Below are positions 58,997-64,000 of a stretch of 64,000 nucleotides of DNA, one piece after another. This DNA is from an uncultured Holophagales bacterium (GTDB lineage Bacteria; Acidobacteriota; Thermoanaerobaculia; Multivoradales; UBA5704). How positions within the stretch are numbered: position 1 is the first letter of the stretch; each line of letters starts with the position of its first letter. Location of the stretch: assembly GCA_963842525.1 (NCBI GenBank), contig CAWJGT010000025.1, positions 448,001-512,000 of the forward strand. Direction: 5' to 3'. Under the pieces are notes generated by a model. That model worked only from the letters and a program-made list of their open reading frames with translations. It had not been told where the DNA came from and made no database searches. A program made the position numbers and the translations under genes.

Positions 58997-59032
58997 TTTG
59001 TTTCTCCTTGCGGTTCGGTTCTGGAGAGGACG

Positions 59033-59059
59033 CGCAACCCGGTCACGAATCCAGTCATC
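59033..59059 (-). promoter_or_regulatory. GATGA-N18-TGCG motif, copy 2
   Basis: Shares extended TGCGCGTCCTCTNCAG with copy 1. Confidence 0.6.
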
Positions 59060-59113
59060 CTGCTACACTCAAGGTTCAACCGTGTTCCAGGCTCAGGAGG
59101 TTGGAGGCCACTC

Positions 59114-61444
59114 GTGAAGGACGAGAGCGTTGCGGCGCCCGACCGCCGGGGACGGGCTCTGGCGCTGGTGGAGCAGGCGCTGGACGTCCCCTTCGCGGCG
59201 CGGCCATCGTTTCTGGAAGAGGCCTGCGGCGGCGACGCGGAGCTGCGCCGGGAGGTCCAGTCGCTCCTGATGTTCGAGAGCGCTGCCGAGGGCTTTCTGC
59301 CGGCTCCGGTGGCTGCCGACAGCGAAGCCCCGGGCCTGCCGCCGGGCACGCGCATCGGCCCCTACCGGATCGTCGAGCTGCTGGGCCGCGGCGGCATGGG
59401 CTCGGTCTACCGGGCCGAACGGGAGGACGACTTCGAGCAACAGGTCGCTCTGAAGCTCGTGCCGCGCGAGCTGGCGAGCCCGTTCATCCTCCGCCGCTTC
59501 CATCTCGAACGCCAGATCCTCGCCCGGCTGGACCACCCCAACATCGCGCGGCTGCTGGACGGCGGCACCACGGACGACGGCCGGCCGTACCTGGTGATGG
59601 AGCATGTGCAGGGCGTGCCGATCGACTCCTATTGCGAGGAGAGGCACCTGACCACGCGGGAGCGATTGGAGCTCCTCCTCCCGATCTGCTCGGCCCTCGC
59701 CTTCGCTCACCAGAACCTGGTCGTGCACCGGGACATCAAGCCCGGCAACATCCTGGTCACCGGCGAGGGCGTGCCCAAGCTCCTGGATTTCGGCATCGCC
59801 AAGCTCCTCGATCCGGCGGAGGGCCTGGCGGATCTCACCCGCACCCTGGAGCGGCCCATGACGCCGCGCTACGCCAGCCCGGAGCAGGTGCGGGGCGAGC
59901 CGGTCACGCCGGCCAGCGACCTTTATTCCCTGGGGGTCCTGCTCTATCGCCTCCTGACAGGCCGGCTCCCCACCGGGCTGGACACCTGCGGTCTCGAAGA
60001 GGTGGCGCGGCGGATCTGCGAGCAGGAGCCGGCGCGGCCGAGCACCGAGCCGGGAGCGGAAGACCCGGGGAAGCTCCGGCGGCTGGCCGGCGATGTGGAT
60101 GCCGTCGTGCTCAAGGCGCTGCGCAAGGAGCCGCGGCGCCGCTATGCTACGGCGGACCAGCTTGCCGACGACATCCGCCGGCACCTGGCGGGGCACCCGG
60201 TCCTGGCGCGCCGGGGGACGGTGCTCTATCGCGGCGGCAAATTCCTCCGCCGCCACCGCTTTGGCCTCGCCGCCACGCTGGTCGCACTGATGCTGGCCGG
60301 AGCCTTCCTGGTCCGCGAGCAGGAGCGCAGGGAGGCCGAGCAGCAGCGCACGGAGCGCACCATCGCGGTGTTGCAGGGGCTCCTCAACCTCGCCGATCCC
60401 GACCGCCGGACCGACGCCACCGTGATCCAGGTCCTGGACCGGACCCAGCACCAGCTCGCGGACCTCGCGGCCGAGCCCGACCTCCGCGCCCAGGTCCTGG
60501 ACACCCTCGGCCGCGTCCATCGCAAGCTCGGCGACGGCGAAGCCGCGCACAAAGCCCTGGCCGAGTCTCTGGCCATCTGGCGCGACCACCAGCCCCAGGA
60601 CCATGCGGGCCTGGCGGTCCGCCTCAACAACCTTGGAGCGCTCGACCTCGACCGCGGGGACTACGCGTCCGCCGACGCGCTGTTCCGCGAGGCCCGGACG
60701 CTTTATGAGCAGGACGGCACCGCCACGCCGGACGAGCGGGCAGTCAACCTCGACAACCTGGCGACCGTGCGGCTCTATCGCGGCCAGTTCGACGACGCCG
60801 AGGCGCTCTACCGGCAGGGGCTGCGGCTGCGGCTCGGCACCTTCGGCCGAGACGATCCGCGCGTCTCCTACAGCCTGCGCAGCCTGGGGACCCTGCTCTA
60901 CAGCCGCGGCGACTTCACGGCGGCGGAGCCCCTTCTGCGCGAGGCGCTGCGCATCCGCCTCGCCGCCTACGGCCCCGAGCACACGGAGCTGGCGCCGGTC
61001 CTCGACCTCCTGGGCAACGTGCGCCTCGCCCGCGGCGATCCGGCCGAGGCCGAACGGCTCTACCTCCGGGCCCTCGAGCTCCGACGCCAGCGGCTGGGAG
61101 ACGAGCACGCCGAGCTCGCCCGCAGCGAGCGCAACCTCGCCGTGCTGCGGCTGGATCAGGGAAAGCTGGTGGATGCGCGAAGGCTCCTGGAAAAAGCCCT
61201 GGCGCGCCTGCGGCGGGGCAAGGTCCCGGGAGACTGGCGGATCGCCGATGCCGAAAGTGTCCTGGGAGCGGTGCTGGCGGCGGAGGGGCGACGCCGCCAG
61301 GCAGAGCCGCTGCTGCGTGCGAGCTACCGGACCCTGGCGGCGACCCGAGGCGAGCACGTCACCGCCACCCGCGAGGCCCGGCAGCGCCTGTTGGCCTTCG
61401 AGGCAGCAGCGCCCGTTACTGCTCCGAGCCGCCCTCCTCGATGA
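59114..61444 (+). CDS. Membrane Ser/Thr protein kinase with TPR repeats (ECF43-associated type)
   Basis: LEEACGGDAELRREV N-terminus, LGRGGMG, HRDIKPGN, DFGIAK, TPRYASPEQ, LNNLG TPRs. Confidence 0.94.
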   Translation: MKDESVAAPDRRGRALALVEQALDVPFAARPSFLEEACGGDAELRREVQSLLMFESAAEGFLPAPVAADSEAPGLPPGTRIGPYRIVELLGRGGMGSVYRAEREDDFEQQVALKLVPRELASPFILRRFHLERQILARLDHPNIARLLDGGTTDDGRPYLVMEHVQGVPIDSYCEERHLTTRERLELLLPICSALAFAHQNLVVHRDIKPGNILVTGEGVPKLLDFGIAKLLDPAEGLADLTRTLERPMTPRYASPEQVRGEPVTPASDLYSLGVLLYRLLTGRLPTGLDTCGLEEVARRICEQEPARPSTEPGAEDPGKLRRLAGDVDAVVLKALRKEPRRRYATADQLADDIRRHLAGHPVLARRGTVLYRGGKFLRRHRFGLAATLVALMLAGAFLVREQERREAEQQRTERTIAVLQGLLNLADPDRRTDATVIQVLDRTQHQLADLAAEPDLRAQVLDTLGRVHRKLGDGEAAHKALAESLAIWRDHQPQDHAGLAVRLNNLGALDLDRGDYASADALFREARTLYEQDGTATPDERAVNLDNLATVRLYRGQFDDAEALYRQGLRLRLGTFGRDDPRVSYSLRSLGTLLYSRGDFTAAEPLLREALRIRLAAYGPEHTELAPVLDLLGNVRLARGDPAEAERLYLRALELRRQRLGDEHAELARSERNLAVLRLDQGKLVDARRLLEKALARLRRGKVPGDWRIADAESVLGAVLAAEGRRRQAEPLLRASYRTLAATRGEHVTATREARQRLLAFEAAAPVTAPSRPPR

Positions 61445-61631
61445 AACCGGTGGACATAAGGCCGTCCGGCTCCACTTCGATGGGCTCCGGCCGCGCCGCA
61501 TCCACGCCAACGATAGACGCCGCGGCATCGAGGAGGAACCGCATTGCGAGCTGCGCACCAGAGCCGGGATTGACGGCCAGAAGCATGATGCCTGCGAGAC
61601 CGAGGAAGGGATGAATCCGTGGGCTGAGCAT
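61416..61631 (-). CDS. Small secreted peptide with EPDG/EEGG motifs
   Basis: Strong RBS AAGGAGG, hydrophobic N-terminus, acidic tail IEVEPDGLMSTGFIEEGG. Confidence 0.55.
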   Translation of the reverse strand: MLSPRIHPFLGLAGIMLLAVNPGSGAQLAMRFLLDAAASIVGVDAARPEPIEVEPDGLMSTGFIEEGGSEQ

Positions 61632-61732
61632 GGAGAGCCTCCTTGGCGGGCGAAACCCGCCCCTGCGAAAAAGAGCTGTTTCAGTTGTCCTCCCGGTGAT
61701 CGCCGGTCGGTTGTGTCGTCTAGCTCTTCACT

Positions 61733-61759
61733 CGCAGACGGAGGAAAAACAGGATCATC
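61733..61759 (-). promoter_or_regulatory. GATGA-N18-TGCG motif, copy 3
   Basis: GATGA TCCTGTTTTTCCTCCGTC TGCG, about 100 bp upstream of ATG 61631. Confidence 0.5.
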
Positions 61760-61864
61760 GAGCCTCTGATCTCAGAGCTGCCGCCCAAGCCGTCGGAAAA
61801 TTCCGGCGGACCGCCGGAAAGTTAAAACGCTCACCAGCCGGACCGTCGAAAATTCCGGCTGCCT

Positions 61865-63185
61865 CTACTCCTCCTGAAACACCAAGCCGGGGATGCAGCG
61901 CGCCTCTCGGAGGTAGGCGGCGAAGGTGCGGACTTTTCGCAGGGTCAGCTCTTCGCGGCGGGCGGCTTCGCGGAAGACGACCAGGGCTGTCAAGGCTTCG
62001 CGGTGGACGTCCTGGGATTGGAAGATCGGATACATTTCGTCGGCGACTCTCTTGAGATCCGCGGTCCGGCCTTCCCGAAGGTACAGAGGGGCGAGATCCT
62101 CCAGGCAGACGGTGGCCGCGTCATAGCCGTTGCCGCGGGCTACAAATCCGTCGCGGATTTCCAGGAAGATCCTCTCCGCCTCTTCCGAAACGCCTCGGCG
62201 AGCTGCGATCTTGCCGTGCAGCCAAGTGACCCTCAGTTGGGTCCAGGCGTCCGGGAAACGGCAGTAGAGATCAGCATCCACGGCCAGGAGATCTGCCGCC
62301 TGATCGTGCTCTCCCGCTTCGACGAGATAGCGCGCCAGGTTGTAGCGCGCGCACAGGTAGAGCCGCGGGTCGGCCTCGGCCGGGATCGCCTCGGCCGCGC
62401 GCCGGATCTCGGTGATCGCCCGATCCACGTCGCCACGGTAGAAAGAGATGTCCGCAAGCTGGAGGAGCACGCGACCGATGCCGGCTCTGTTTCGGCCCAG
62501 GCCATAGTGCAAGGCGGCCTGGGCGAGGAGCTCTTCCATCTCCGCGAAGCGCCGCTGGTCCTTGCGCAGCGACGCTTCGAAGCTCGGCCACCCGGGCGAG
62601 CACCTCGGGATCGGTCACCCCATGATCCCGGACCAGCAGGCGTGCATGGCTGAAGGTCTCTTCTGCCTGAGTCAGGCGGGCTTGCGCCCGCAATGCGTTC
62701 GCCTTCTCCGCGTTCGCCAGGGCGAGGAGGTCGAAGGAGCCGGGCAGGTAGGGGATGTGCTGAGCCACTGTCCGTGCCAGCTCTGCAAGCTGCAAGGCCT
62801 CCTCGGCCTCGTCCGGAAGCCGCTTCTGGCTCTCTTCGAGCAGCCTCCGGACGAGGAGAGGGCTGCGGAACCGGCCCCGGGCGCGGCGAATGCGGCCGAG
62901 GCGTTCCTCTGCAGGAAGGTCCAGCAGGTCGCGGAGGTCGCGGGTGGCGCGCCGCAGATCCTCCTCCAGACGGGACACCTGCTGACCGACCATGGCAGGG
63001 AGGAGACTCAGGCCTTGCGCCGCCGGATCCTCCTTCGCCTTCCTCCAAAAAGTCTCGATCTCCTGTCGGCATGTCTCGCAGAGACTCATCAGATGCGAGA
63101 CTCCGATCTCGACGATCGCCCGTGGAGGCAGCTCTCCCCGGGCGACAGCGCGCAAGAGATCCTCCGTCAGGTGGCCCACGGCCAT
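61865..63185 (-). CDS. Zinc-finger (H..HxxxxCxxC) + TPR-like helical protein (frameshift near 62580)
   Basis: MAVGHLTEDLL..HLMSLCETC; removing one base joins VAEL to EASLRKDQRRFAEMEE, giving 439 aa; no TM segment seen. Confidence 0.8.
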
Positions 63186-63301
63186 CTCGACCCTCCTTCC
63201 AGGGTAGGAGCTTCTTTCCGAAAAGAGAGTATACACAGAGAACGAGTTCTGGAAAGAGGGAACTCGGCGCCGGGCAGAACGCACCGGCGCCGGGACCTCG
63301 G

Positions 63302-63439
63302 CTAGCCGTTCGGGTCCATGGTGCTTCCGAGGTCGTTCTGCAAACCATCCGGGTCCATGGTGCTTCCGAGGTCCCCCGAGAGGCTGTTCGCGCCGAAGAG
63401 GGCGAAGAGACTCAGGAGTGTGAGAAGAAGGACGGTCAT
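63302..63439 (-). CDS. 45-aa secreted repeat peptide (DLGSTMDP[D/N]G x2)
   Basis: Manual translation after AAAGGAG: MTVLLLTLLSLFALFGANSLSG-DLGSTMDPDG-LQN-DLGSTMDPNG*; exact 24-bp in-frame repeat at 63311-63334 and 63350-63373. Confidence 0.75.
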   Translation of the reverse strand: MTVLLLTLLSLFALFGANSLSGDLGSTMDPDGLQNDLGSTMDPNG

Positions 63440-64000
63440 GAGGCATCTCCTTTCAGGAGCGCTTCCGCTCCGCCCCGAGATGGGACGCGGGGAGCGCTCT
63501 CTATTGGGTAGAGTGCCGGAAGCGAGGGTGCGGGGGGAGCCTGTTGTCTTATAAGACCGAGCCGCGCCGCAAGGGACTTCACACGAACCATGCCAACTCG
63601 TTGACGGCGCACGACTTGAGCCACCTCCTAAGACGCCTTCATTCCCGATTCCGTGACGTAGATCGCTTCCCTGTACCAGTTCTGGTCTGCCTTCTCTGAC
63701 GCGGAAGAATTTCTGGTCTCCCTGAAACGCCAGGTGTCTGTAGGGCCAGATCCCATCCGGCCAGCATCCTTCGCTCGTCGTCGCGACGGAGTCGCGACTT
63801 TCGAAGCACCGGCCCGCCAGAATGCCTATTCACGCACGTCTGTGAACCTTGACGTGGATACGGAAAAGATGTAAGGTCAGCTAAATCAGAGGGCTAAGGA
63901 TCTTGCGCGCTTTACCACAAGTGCGAGTTTCTGGTAACATGGAACTGCCAGCACTTGGCGAATGCCAACAGGTTCGGTCACATTCGCCGAGTCAACAGCC

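Noticed and set aside
63311-63373. 24-bp direct repeat pair as a mini-CRISPR
   Set aside because: Only two copies, a 15-bp spacer, a 39-bp in-frame period and no cas genes; explained by the peptide repeat.
63581-63596. Sigma54 promoter for the repeat peptide (TTGGCATGGTTCGTGT)
   Set aside because: The -24 element is good but the -12 GC is replaced by GT; unsupported.

Overview
High-GC bacterial chromosome segment. The expanded STK-TPR kinases, TIGR02999-type ECF sigma factors, PadR/permease-prefix pair and CCCTCTCCC/GGGAGAGGG palindromes suggest Acidobacteriota, probably Thermoanaerobaculia (inference). 1-44 kb is mostly housekeeping and envelope genes: VIT-vWA protein, epoxide hydrolase, WYL regulator/SDR, aminotransferase, IMPase-family phosphatase, pseudouridine synthase, DEAD-box helicase, two M14 peptidases, xseAB, rhomboid, a 12-kb glycosylation cluster, amrS, mltA, Mut7-C, DoxX and PadR. 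It also holds a sigma54 activator/STK-TPR module pointing at a sigma54-promoted small protein with a C-terminal DP motif. 44.5-64 kb is accessory DNA: an integrase-less integron cassette remnant (2 attC sites, inverted TA module, single-ORF IS66), a Uma2 gene inside a partial duplication, two ECF/STK-TPR modules with variable cargo genes, and a Fic gene inside a duplicate ECF gene. The strongest novel candidate is a 45-aa secreted peptide, too short for the ORF track, with tandem DLGSTMDP(D/N)G repeats. It lies directly upstream of a zinc-finger/TPR-like protein, and a second peptide with a related motif lies downstream, resembling a peptide-receptor signalling cassette. Three cargo genes share a GATGA-N18-TGCG upstream motif. 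Several genes carry single-base frameshifts, probably long-read errors; three sit at an identical GAAGCTC context where GAGCTC restores the frame. No rRNA, tRNA or CRISPR array was seen.
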